DNA from: Halorhodospira halophila SL1
Lineage (GTDB): Bacteria > Pseudomonadota > Gammaproteobacteria > Nitrococcales > Halorhodospiraceae
Direction: 5' to 3'
Length of the DNA stretch: 32,000 nt
Assembly: GCF_000015585.1 (NCBI RefSeq)
Contig: NC_008789.1
Span: 1,980,001-2,012,000 of the forward strand
The notes under the pieces are model-generated. The model worked only from the letters and a program-made list of their open reading frames with translations, was not told where the DNA came from and made no database searches. Of this stretch, positions 10,709 to 18,158 are shown in pieces. A program made the position numbers and the translations under genes. The stretch's first letter is position 1. The number at the start of each line of letters is the position of its first letter.

Positions 10709-11971
10709 ATGCGCATCGCTGTAGTCGGGGCCGGCGTCGTCGGAACCTCCGTGGCCTGGGAGCTGACCGCCCGTGGCCACCAGACCGTGCTGATCGAGCG
10801 CTGCAATGAGGTCGCACAGGAGACCAGCTTTGCCAATGGCGCCCAGCTCCACGCCGGCCACGCCGCCCCGTGGAACCCGCCAGGCGTGCTCCGCGACGCC
10901 ATCGGCTGGCTCGGGAAATCCGACTCGCCCCTGCGCATCAACCCCCTGCGGGTGCTGCGCAACCCCAGCTGGTCACTGCGTTTCCTGGCCAACGCCACCG
11001 CGCGGCGCTACCGGCGTCACGCTGACGCCAACGCGGCGCTGGCCCTCTACGGCGTACAGCAGGCACGCGCCTGGCGCGATGCCCTCGGACTCACCTTCGA
11101 TGCCCGCGACAGCGGCATCCTGAAGCTCTTCGACGACCCCGACGCCCTGGAGCACGGACGCGCCGAAGCGACCGCCGTGGAGGCTCTGGGCATCCGCCAC
11201 CGGGTTCTGAGTATCGACGAGACGCTCGCCCGCGAACCGGCTCTGAGCGATGCCGCAGATCAACTGGCCGGTGCCATCGAGTTCCCCGACGACGGCTGTG
11301 GCGACCCACTGCAGTTCACCGCAGCCCTCGCCGAGCGGCTGACCGCCGAGGGCGCCGAGCTCTGGCTGGGCACTACGGCACGTCGACTGCTGGGCGGCCC
11401 TGCCGGGGTGGAGGGCGTCGAGACCAGCCGCGGGGTCGTGGACGTCGATGCCGTGGTCGTCGCAGCGGGCAGCTATAGCCCGGCCCTGACCCGCGCGTTC
11501 GGCGTGCGCCTGCCCATTGAACCGGTCAAGGGCTACTCGGTCAGCATCCCGCTGAAGGGGGTCAAGGGCGCCCCGGAGATGCCCATCATCGACGACACCC
11601 GCAAGGTGGTGCTCACCCGGCTGGGTGACCAGCTGCGCATCGCCGGCAAGGCGGAGATCACCGGCTTCGACCTGAACCTGGACGAGCGGCGCTGGCAGGT
11701 CGTCCGCAAGCAGGGGCTGAGCCGCTTCCCGCACCTGGCCGAGCAACTGGCGGACGCCCCGAGCCACCCCTGGGCCGGCCTGCGCCCGATGACCTGCGAC
11801 GGCCTGCCGATCCTCGGCCCAACACCGGTCTCCGGCCTCCATCTCGCCACCGGCGTGGGCCACCTGGGCTGGACGTTCGCCGCCGGCAGCGCACGCCTGG
11901 TTGCCGACCAGCTGGAGGAACGCACCTGCGATCTGGACCCCACTCCTTACCAACTGCGGAGACCCCGATAA
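10709..11971 (+). CDS. dadA: FAD-dependent oxidoreductase, D-amino-acid dehydrogenase (DadA)-like
   Basis: MRIAVVGAGVVGTSVAWELTARGHQTVLIER (GxGxxG dinucleotide fold) and ...ETSFANGAQL.... ATG at 10709 with GAGGGAGAAG upstream; the track start at 10529 is a spurious extension. A dada-type gene beside pyp matches what I recall of the H. halophila locus. Confidence 0.85.
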   Translation: MRIAVVGAGVVGTSVAWELTARGHQTVLIERCNEVAQETSFANGAQLHAGHAAPWNPPGVLRDAIGWLGKSDSPLRINPLRVLRNPSWSLRFLANATARRYRRHADANAALALYGVQQARAWRDALGLTFDARDSGILKLFDDPDALEHGRAEATAVEALGIRHRVLSIDETLAREPALSDAADQLAGAIEFPDDGCGDPLQFTAALAERLTAEGAELWLGTTARRLLGGPAGVEGVETSRGVVDVDAVVVAAGSYSPALTRAFGVRLPIEPVKGYSVSIPLKGVKGAPEMPIIDDTRKVVLTRLGDQLRIAGKAEITGFDLNLDERRWQVVRKQGLSRFPHLAEQLADAPSHPWAGLRPMTCDGLPILGPTPVSGLHLATGVGHLGWTFAAGSARLVADQLEERTCDLDPTPYQLRRPR

Positions 11972-11991
11972 CCTGGGAGAGCACGAGCACC

Positions 11992-12006
11992 CCTTGTTAT
12001 ACAAGG
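11992..12006. promoter_or_regulatory. perfect inverted repeat CCTTGT-TAT-ACAAGG in the AT-rich pyp upstream region (candidate operator)
   Basis: 6+6 bp palindrome with a 3-nt spacer, followed immediately by TTGTACATATA (contains the TGTACA palindrome). This is the most AT-rich stretch in the 107-nt dadA-pyp spacer. Confidence 0.3.
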
Positions 12007-12031
12007 ATTGTACATATACGCTGACCAGTCA

Positions 12032-12052
12032 GTGGTGAGTCGGGCTCACCAC
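12032..12052 (+). promoter_or_regulatory. 8-bp stem-loop in the presumed pyp 5' leader
   Basis: gtggtgag (12032-39) pairs with ctcaccac (12045-52), loop tcggg. It lies 27 nt upstream of the pyp ATG and 13 nt upstream of the AGAGGA RBS (12065-70). Confidence 0.3.
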
Positions 12053-12078
12053 GCGGTGGCAAGCAGAGGAGCATCACC

Positions 12079-12456
12079 ATGGAACACGTTGGTTTCGGCA
12101 GCGACGACATCGAAAACACCCTGGCCAAGATGGACGACAGTCAGCTGGACAACCTGGCCTTCGGCGCCATCCAGCTCGACGGTGACGGCACCATCCTTCA
12201 GTACAACGCCGCCGAGGGCGACATCACCGGCCGGAACCCGAAGGAGGTGATCGGCAAGAACTTCTTCAAGGACGTGGCCCCGTGCACGGATAGCCCGGAG
12301 TTCTCCGGCAAGTTCAAGGAGGGCGTGGCCTCCGGCAACCTCAACACCATGTTCGAGTACACCTTCGACTACCAGATGACCCCGACCAAGGTGAAGGTGC
12401 ACATGAAGAAGGCCCTCTCCGGGGACAGCTACTGGGTCTTCGTCAAGCGCGTCTAG
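12079..12456 (+). CDS. pyp: photoactive yellow protein (PAS-fold blue-light photoreceptor)
   Basis: The 125-aa ORF is nearly identical to the textbook H. halophila PYP. Tyr42, Glu46, Thr50, Arg52 ([14 protein letters not shown]), the chromophore Cys69 ([10 protein letters not shown], tgc 12283-85) and Met100 are all present. The C-terminal ~49 residues are identical as far as I recall. Confidence 0.98.
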   Translation: MEHVGFGSDDIENTLAKMDDSQLDNLAFGAIQLDGDGTILQYNAAEGDITGRNPKEVIGKNFFKDVAPCTDSPEFSGKFKEGVASGNLNTMFEYTFDYQMTPTKVKVHMKKALSGDSYWVFVKRV

Positions 12457-12467
12457 ACCCGGGCCCA

Positions 12468-12496
12468 GCTCCCCGCACGCACCGTGTGCGGGGAGC
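12468..12496 (+). terminator. strong GC hairpin between pyp and pcl (partial terminator or mRNA-stabilising 3' stem-loop)
   Basis: 11-bp perfect stem: gctccccgcac (12468-78) pairs with gtgcggggagc (12486-96), loop gcaccgt. It starts 12 nt after the pyp stop. There is no U-tract after it; the next sequence is the pcl RBS GAAGGA (12500-05). Confidence 0.5.
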
Positions 12497-12513
12497 CGCA
12501 GAAGGATCGACCG

Positions 12514-13698
12514 ATGCAAGGGCTGAATGCCGATGAGGTGCTGCGCCTGCTGCGCAGCCTGATTCCCGGCGAACTGGCCGAGGGGCGCGGTCACCGCAAT
12601 GACCCGCCCGAGGGAACGGACATCTGCGCGGACACCCGGCTGGACCACACCCCCATCCGCGCCGATTCGCTGGATCGGCTCCATCTGGCCAGCGCCCTGA
12701 ATCGCCTCTTCTGCCTCCACGAGACCGGGGTGGAGGACCGCCTCTTGACGGTGCGCCGCATCGGCGATATCGCTGAACTGATCGCCGAGGGCAGCCAGCA
12801 CACCAGCGGCCTGAGCTTCTCCACCTCCGGCAGCACGGGCACCCCGCAATCCCACCATCACAGCTGGTCGGCCCTGACCCAGGAAGCCGAGGCCCTGGCC
12901 GCGGCCCTCGGCCACCACCGACGCGTGATCGCCTGGTTGCCGCTCCACCACCTGTATGGGTTCGTCTTCGGCGTCGCCCTACCCCGCACCCTGGGCAGCA
13001 CGGTGGTCGAGAGCCACGAGGCTCCCGCCGCCTTGTTCCGCAACCCCGCACCCGACGACCTCATCGCCAGCGTCCCGGCGCGATGGCGCTACCTACTCGA
13101 CAGCGATCACCGCTTCCCCGGCGGCACCGGCGTGAGTTCGACGGCCCCACTCGAGGCAGCCTGTCGGCACGGGCTGCCGCGGGCCGGACTGGACGCCCTG
13201 GTCGAGGTCTACGGCGCCACGGAGACCGGCGGGATCGGCTTGCGCTGGGCCCCCGCAGAGGATTACCGACTCCTGCCCTACTGGCAGTGCAACGCCGACG
13301 GCAACCTCCGGCGCGCACTGCCCGAAGGGTCGGCCGTGACCATCACCCCGCTGGATCGGCTCGAGTGGCTGGACGAGCGGGTCTTCCGGCCCCGCGGGCG
13401 CATCGATGACATCATCCAGATCGGCGGGGTCAACGTCTCGCCGCAGCACGTGGCACGCCGCTTCGAGAGCCACGAGGCGGTTGCCGCCTGCGCGATACGC
13501 AGCCACGGAGAGGGCAGCCAGCGGCGGCTGAAGGCCTTCATCGTCCCGGCTCACCCCGAGACCGACCCCGAGGAGCTACGCCAGGCGCTGGAAACCTGGG
13601 CGTGGGAACACCTGCCGGCAGTGGAGCGGCCGACCGACCTGCGCATCGGTCCCGAGTTGCCGCGCAACGCCATGGGCAAGCTGCAGGATTGGGACTGA
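12514..13698 (+). CDS. pcl: 4-coumarate-CoA ligase, PYP-chromophore activation family (short ANL adenylating enzyme)
   Basis: ANL core motifs: FSTSGSTGTPQ (A3), YGATETGGIG (A5), GRIDDIIQIGGVNVSPQHV (A8), LPRNAMGKL (A10). Only ~394 aa. Immediately follows pyp and precedes tal. ATG at 12514 is preferred (RBS GAAGGA 8 nt upstream); the track start at 12484 lies inside the hairpin loop. Confidence 0.85.
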   Translation: MQGLNADEVLRLLRSLIPGELAEGRGHRNDPPEGTDICADTRLDHTPIRADSLDRLHLASALNRLFCLHETGVEDRLLTVRRIGDIAELIAEGSQHTSGLSFSTSGSTGTPQSHHHSWSALTQEAEALAAALGHHRRVIAWLPLHHLYGFVFGVALPRTLGSTVVESHEAPAALFRNPAPDDLIASVPARWRYLLDSDHRFPGGTGVSSTAPLEAACRHGLPRAGLDALVEVYGATETGGIGLRWAPAEDYRLLPYWQCNADGNLRRALPEGSAVTITPLDRLEWLDERVFRPRGRIDDIIQIGGVNVSPQHVARRFESHEAVAACAIRSHGEGSQRRLKAFIVPAHPETDPEELRQALETWAWEHLPAVERPTDLRIGPELPRNAMGKLQDWD

Positions 13699-13703
13699 GC
13701 AGC

Positions 13704-15296
13704 ATGGCCGAAGTGGACCTGGCCGGCAGCCTGAGCGCCGCAGACATCGAGGCCATCGGTTACGGCCACAGGACCGCAACGGTCTCGCCGACCGGCTGGA
13801 AGCGGCTGCGCTCGGCCGAGGCATACCTCCAGCGCCTGGTGGATGAGCGCCGCCAGGTTTACGGCGTCACCACCGGCTACGGCCCCCTGGCCACCAGCCG
13901 GATCGACCCCTCGGCCTCACGCACCCTGCAGCGCAACCTGGTCTACCACCTGTGCAGCGGCGTCGGCGAGCCGCTCTCCCGCTGTCACACCCGGGCGACG
14001 CTTGGCGCGCGGATCGCCAGCGTCACCCGGGGCCACTCCGGGGTGACGCCAGCGGTGGTGGAGCGGCTGCTGGCGTGGCTGGAACACGACGTGGTGCCAG
14101 AGGTGCCGGCCATCGGCACCGTCGGCGCCAGCGGCGACCTGACCCCGCTGGCCCATGTGGCCCGGGCCCTCATGGGCGAAGGCCGGGTGTGCATCAACGG
14201 CGGGGAATGGGAGCCCGCCGACGCCGCCCAACGCCGCCTCGGCTGGGAACCGTGGACCCTGGACGGAAAGGACGCCATCGCCCTGGTCAATGGCACCTCC
14301 ACCACCGCGGGCATATGCGCCGTGAACGGTGCAGGTGCTGAACGTGCCGCCGGGGTCTGTGCGGTGCTGGGGATGGTTTACGCTGAGCTTCTCGGTGGCC
14401 ATGCCGAGGCCTTCCAGCCGGCCATCGGAGCCGTCCGGCCCCACCCCGGGCAGATGCGCGCCCACGCCTGGCTCACCGCTCTTGCCGAGGACAGCCAGCG
14501 CCTCCAACCGTGGACCGGCACACCGCCCCGGCTGACCGAGGGCCAGGAGGCCGTGCTTCCTGATCAGCCCCTCCCCCAAGACCCCTACTCGATTCGCTGT
14601 CTGCCCCAGGCGCTGGGCGCGGTGCTGGACAGCATCACCTTCCACAACCAGACCGTAGCCAGCGAGCTAGACGCCGCCAGCGACAACCCCCTGCTCTTCC
14701 CGGACGAGGGGCGCGTGCTGCACGGCGGCAACTTCTTTGGCCAGCACCTTGCCTTCGCCGCCGACGCCCTGAACAATGCCGTGGTGCAGCTGGCGTTACA
14801 CAGCGAACGGCGCATCAGCCGCATCACCGACTCAACCCGCAGCGGCTTTCCGGCCTTCATGCAGCCGCGCCAGACCGGTTTGCACAGCGGCTTCATGGGG
14901 GCCCAGGTCACGGCCTCGGCCCTGGTGGCCGAGATGCGGACCGGGGCCCACCCAGCCTCCATCCAATCGATACCGACCAACGCCGACAACCAGGACATCG
15001 TCCCCATGAGCACCCGCGCAGCGCGGCAGGCAGCCACCAACCTGGACCATCTGCAGCGGATCTTGGCCATCGAGGCGCTGGTGCTGGCGCAAGGCCTCGA
15101 GCTGGCCGATGGTGTCGGGTTTAGCAGCAGCGCGCGGCGTACCCTGGGATGGGTACGCGAACTGGCCCCACCGCTGGAGGACGATCGCCCGCTGGCCGAG
15201 GAGATCGCCCGCGTTGCTGCTGCGCTGGCCACGCCGTACCAAGCCCACCGACTGGTTGCCGGGCTTCCGGGCGCGCCCCCGGGGCCAGCCTCCTGA
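13704..15296 (+). CDS. tal: tyrosine ammonia-lyase (MIO-dependent aromatic amino-acid ammonia-lyase)
   Basis: HAL/PAL/TAL family. MIO-forming triad Ala142-Ser143-Gly144 (GTVGASGDLTPLAH, 14127-14135). Selectivity-switch position reads His82-Leu83 (NLVYHLCSGVG, 13947-13952), as in Rhodobacter TAL rather than Ser-His (HAL) or Phe-Leu (PAL). ATG at 13704 is 5 nt after the pcl stop; the track start at 13602 overlaps pcl and is rejected. Confidence 0.9.
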   Translation: MAEVDLAGSLSAADIEAIGYGHRTATVSPTGWKRLRSAEAYLQRLVDERRQVYGVTTGYGPLATSRIDPSASRTLQRNLVYHLCSGVGEPLSRCHTRATLGARIASVTRGHSGVTPAVVERLLAWLEHDVVPEVPAIGTVGASGDLTPLAHVARALMGEGRVCINGGEWEPADAAQRRLGWEPWTLDGKDAIALVNGTSTTAGICAVNGAGAERAAGVCAVLGMVYAELLGGHAEAFQPAIGAVRPHPGQMRAHAWLTALAEDSQRLQPWTGTPPRLTEGQEAVLPDQPLPQDPYSIRCLPQALGAVLDSITFHNQTVASELDAASDNPLLFPDEGRVLHGGNFFGQHLAFAADALNNAVVQLALHSERRISRITDSTRSGFPAFMQPRQTGLHSGFMGAQVTASALVAEMRTGAHPASIQSIPTNADNQDIVPMSTRAARQAATNLDHLQRILAIEALVLAQGLELADGVGFSSSARRTLGWVRELAPPLEDDRPLAEEIARVAAALATPYQAHRLVAGLPGAPPGPAS

Positions 15297-15300
15297 GGCC

Positions 15301-15888
15301 TCAATCGCAGGGCTCACCCCGCTGATCGTTGTCCGCTCTTGCCCGGCCGGTGCTAGCCACACGGATGGCGACCACTGCCGCGCCGTCGCGACAAAGCCTC
15401 AGGGTGTCGCCGTAAATGCGCGATAGCCAGCCATCAGGCTGAAACCGGAAGTCTTCCCGCCCGCTGTCCGACACGACCCGGTGACCCGGCCCGATCCCAC
15501 GCCCCCGGGCCAGGAGTTGCTCCGGTCCCGGCGCCTGGCCGGATGCAGCCTCGCCGCGGAACAGGATCCAGCCGTCGTCCCAGCCCTGCGCATCGCATCC
15601 GGCCTGCGGGGTGCCGCCGCACAAGGTGACCGTCTCGCCTTGGTCCAGTGCCTCGATGCGTGCCCGCTCCAGCCCGGCGAGGAGTTCCCGCTGCCAGACC
15701 CAAGCGCGGACCTCATCCACACCGGCACCCAACTGTGGCGCCGCCACAGCGGTCAGCCCGGCAATCAGGGCGAGCGCCACCAGCAGCTCGGTCAGCGTGA
15801 ATCCCGGGGTCAGTCGCCCCAGCAGACCTCCGCGGCCCCGGGGGCACTGCCCCGTTCGCCGCGGTGATCGAGGGTGAATTCCGTACAC
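15301..15888 (-). CDS. fimT: type IV pilus minor pilin, GspH/FimT-FimU family
   Basis: Prepilin signature ...PG|FTLTELLVALALIAGL, then a GspH-like body (...RELLAGLERARIEA...VTLCGG...GWDDGWILF...). The track start (GTG 15888) gives a 29-aa leader and a 79-nt overlap with pilE. An in-frame CTG at 15813 overlapping the pilE stop (CTGA) would give the normal short leader M-T-P-G|F. Confidence 0.75.
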   Translation of the reverse strand: MYGIHPRSPRRTGQCPRGRGGLLGRLTPGFTLTELLVALALIAGLTAVAAPQLGAGVDEVRAWVWQRELLAGLERARIEALDQGETVTLCGGTPQAGCDAQGWDDGWILFRGEAASGQAPGPEQLLARGRGIGPGHRVVSDSGREDFRFQPDGWLSRIYGDTLRLCRDGAAVVAIRVASTGRARADNDQRGEPCD

Positions 15889-16226
15889 GCCTCATCCGCC
15901 TCCTGCGGACTTCCCGGCGCCGGTGTGGCGGTCAGGCGAAAGCCATCGGCGTCGGTCTCGATCTCGAGTTCATAGAGGCCCCGCTCGGACAACTCCGGGA
16001 CCTCATCTGTGCACGCCTGGTAGCTCATCTCCTGGATGAAACAGCGCTCGAGCGCCATCCAAGTATCCAGCAGAGTGGCGGTGGCATCGCTGCGATCCGC
16101 CTGCACCTTGTACTGGCCGTAGAACGGGTAGGCGATCGCCACCAGGATGGCCAGGATAGCCAGTACGATCATCAGCTCGACCAGGCTGAAGCCAGCCACA
16201 CGGACGCGCTGACCCACTCTCTTCAT
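15810..16226 (-). CDS. pilE: type IV pilin, PilE-like
   Basis: MKRVGQRVRVAG|FSLVELMIVLAILAILVAIAYPFYGQYKVQ is a class III signal plus conserved hydrophobic N-terminal helix with Glu5. C-terminal Cys residues are present. ATG at 16226 with GAGGACGG upstream; the track extension to 16622 is rejected. Confidence 0.8.
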   Translation of the reverse strand: MKRVGQRVRVAGFSLVELMIVLAILAILVAIAYPFYGQYKVQADRSDATATLLDTWMALERCFIQEMSYQACTDEVPELSERGLYELEIETDADGFRLTATPAPGSPQEADEACTEFTLDHRGERGSAPGAAEVCWGD

Positions 16227-16236
16227 AAGACCGTCC

Positions 16237-16668
16237 TCAATCCAGATTTCCGTGGGGGCATTCGCGCTGCCAGCGGATCTCGACGCGGTCAGCCGCCCCC
16301 GATGCCTGCGCCGGCTCGAGCACAACGCCCGCCTGCAGGCAGACCTCGGTCCGGTCGCCCCCAAGGCCACGGGCGCAAACCCGGAACTGACCGTGATTGC
16401 GCTCGATAGCGTAGCATGGCGCCGCTGCCTCGCCGCTGCAGCACCCGGGGTCGCCGGCGCCCTGGCGGCCGGATGCAAGGTCGCGCATCGCCGCGGCCAG
16501 CTCGTCGCCGGCCGCCAGGCGGGCCGCAGCCCGGGACTCCAGGGCCGCAGCCGCACGTAGCTGCAGGGCGGTGGGTGCAACCACCGACCACGACAACAGC
16601 GCCAGCATGACCACCACCGCACTCAGACCGAGTACAGCAAAGCCGGCCTGCCGGGAGGCCACCGTCAA
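16237..16668 (-). CDS. pilX: PilX-like minor pilin (PilX_N-type N-terminus)
   Basis: TTG start overlapping the pilW stop (TTGA). MTVASRQAGFAVLGLSAVVVMLALL resembles the PilX N-terminal helix (Q-x-G-[FA]...). The globular part is Cys-rich. The position between pilW and pilE matches the canonical order. Confidence 0.6.
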   Translation of the reverse strand: MTVASRQAGFAVLGLSAVVVMLALLSWSVVAPTALQLRAAAALESRAAARLAAGDELAAAMRDLASGRQGAGDPGCCSGEAAAPCYAIERNHGQFRVCARGLGGDRTEVCLQAGVVLEPAQASGAADRVEIRWQRECPHGNLD

Positions 16669-17609
16669 GGCAGCCTCCCGTGGATCGGCACTGTGACCGT
16701 CTGGATCTGGTCCGCTTTGGTGGCGCCGCGCTCGCCACCGGCACGGATGCGTGCAGTGAAGCGCACAGCACAGACCCGCAGCCAGTCGTCCACCTCCTTG
16801 GCGCTCCTAAAGCGCTCCGGATAACCGGGGCCTTCGGCCGGGTCGTCGGCACCCGGACACTCGGCGAAGCCCATCTCCAGTGCCTCGACCCCGCGCAGGA
16901 TCGGCTGGGGAGATTGCTCACCCCGGCCGAGGTTCAGGGTGGGCACCCGGTCTTGACCGCCGTCGTCCGTCGGCCGCAACCGGTGCACTTGAACGGACCG
17001 CGCATCGTCATCCTCCGCCGACTCTTCCACCTGCCACCAAGGGACCCATGCCACGCCGCGCTCGGGCAACTCGTGACCTTCGCCAACCCCGTGAAGCCTC
17101 AGGCCCTTGGTCCCGCGCACCTCCTCGACCTCAAGCAGGAACAGCCCCCTTCCACCACCCACCAGGACCGCTCCCGGCAGGCCTCCGAACGCCTCCGTCA
17201 CGGGCGCATCCAGCTCGATGTCCGCCTCCGGGGCCGCCACCTCGAGGGCCTCGTAGCCGGTCACCACGCCCTGGGACTCCGCCGGATAGCGCGACCAGGT
17301 CAGCCCACCCTCCTCGGCACGCAGCCCCGGCGGATCGAGCCGTTTCGCGATCACCTCGTCCGCGGGGCCTTCGCCCCGATACAGGGGGGTCGTACCACCG
17401 CAGGGGACCTCCCCGGCCCGGGAGACTTCCCTATCGAGCATCTGGCGCAGCAACGCCCCCTTGTCCGCCACCCGCCCCAGGTCTTCCACCGTGGCGCTGG
17501 CGCGCAGCGCACTGCCGAGGAGCTGCACCGCGGCGAGCAACGCCACCGATGCCACCCCGAGCGCCACGAGCAGCTCGACCAGCGTCACACCACCCATGCG
17601 CCGGATCAT
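16665..17609 (-). CDS. pilW: PilW-like minor pilin
   Basis: MIRRMGG|VTLVELLVALGVASVALLAAV (prepilin-type N-terminus with Glu5). Size is ~314 aa, and the ATG overlaps the pilV stop (ATGA). Confidence 0.7.
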   Translation of the reverse strand: MIRRMGGVTLVELLVALGVASVALLAAVQLLGSALRASATVEDLGRVADKGALLRQMLDREVSRAGEVPCGGTTPLYRGEGPADEVIAKRLDPPGLRAEEGGLTWSRYPAESQGVVTGYEALEVAAPEADIELDAPVTEAFGGLPGAVLVGGGRGLFLLEVEEVRGTKGLRLHGVGEGHELPERGVAWVPWWQVEESAEDDDARSVQVHRLRPTDDGGQDRVPTLNLGRGEQSPQPILRGVEALEMGFAECPGADDPAEGPGYPERFRSAKEVDDWLRVCAVRFTARIRAGGERGATKADQIQTVTVPIHGRLP

Positions 17610-18055
17610 CGATTGACCTCAGGGAGTTGCCCGGAAAGCTCAAGGGACGATGGCGCGTCGCGGTGGGGGGCTTGCCAGCGGAGCTCGACGCGGATGCGAT
17701 CGGCGGCCGCCTCGGCCGACACCTCGGCCTGCGGCAGCTGGCAGGCCACCTCGGCCCGCCAGCCGTCGGCATCGACCACATCGCCACGGGGCTGATCCTT
17801 GACCGACGGCGGTTGGCACGCGTCGATATCACCCGCATCGACCGCGGCCAAGGCAGCGGCGCGCTGATCCGGGGCGACCAGCCGGGCACGGGCGATCAAC
17901 TCTTCGGCAAGGAGGGTCGCCCGGACGTGATAACCGGCATCACGAGCCCCGTGCACCCCGCCGTACAGGGCGAGGAGCGACACGGCCGCGACACCGGCCA
18001 AGAGCCCGAGGGCCACAAGCGCCTCGAGGAGTGTGAATCCTGAGTGGCGAGGCAT
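17606..18055 (-). CDS. pilV: PilV-like minor pilin
   Basis: MPRHSG|FTLLEALVALGLLAGVAAV. ATG at 18055 is preceded by GAGGAAGG. The track start at 18151 adds 32 residues with no pilin character. Confidence 0.7.
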   Translation of the reverse strand: MPRHSGFTLLEALVALGLLAGVAAVSLLALYGGVHGARDAGYHVRATLLAEELIARARLVAPDQRAAALAAVDAGDIDACQPPSVKDQPRGDVVDADGWRAEVACQLPQAEVSAEAAADRIRVELRWQAPHRDAPSSLELSGQLPEVNR

Positions 18056-18158
18056 CCCTTCCTCGCGTATGGGTTCCATCCGCACTTTCCATGCGCACCC
18101 TCGAAGGCTAGCGCAGGATGCCGGGCACGCCACCGCGGCCCGATGACGCACGGGGGGC

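Noticed and set aside
11992-12020. PpsR/CrtJ-type TGT-N12-ACA site or FNR/CRP-type box upstream of pyp
   Set aside because: I checked the spacings by hand. TGT at 11995-97 is followed by ACA only at N3 and N14, not N12. The half-sites do not match TTGAT-N4-ATCAA or TGTGA-N6-TCACA. It is kept only as a generic palindrome.
7564-15296. Functional link between aroC (chorismate synthase) and tal/pcl through tyrosine supply
   Set aside because: The genes are 3.4 kb apart, on opposite strands, and separated by unrelated genes (COG0523, queC, dadA). aroC is a universal housekeeping gene, so the proximity is most likely coincidental.
18056-18140. Sigma54 (GG-N10-GC) promoter upstream of the minor-pilin operon
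   Set aside because: Candidate TGGCGT and TGGAAC motifs on the - strand do not have a GC at the required 10-nt spacing. No convincing -24/-12 element was found.
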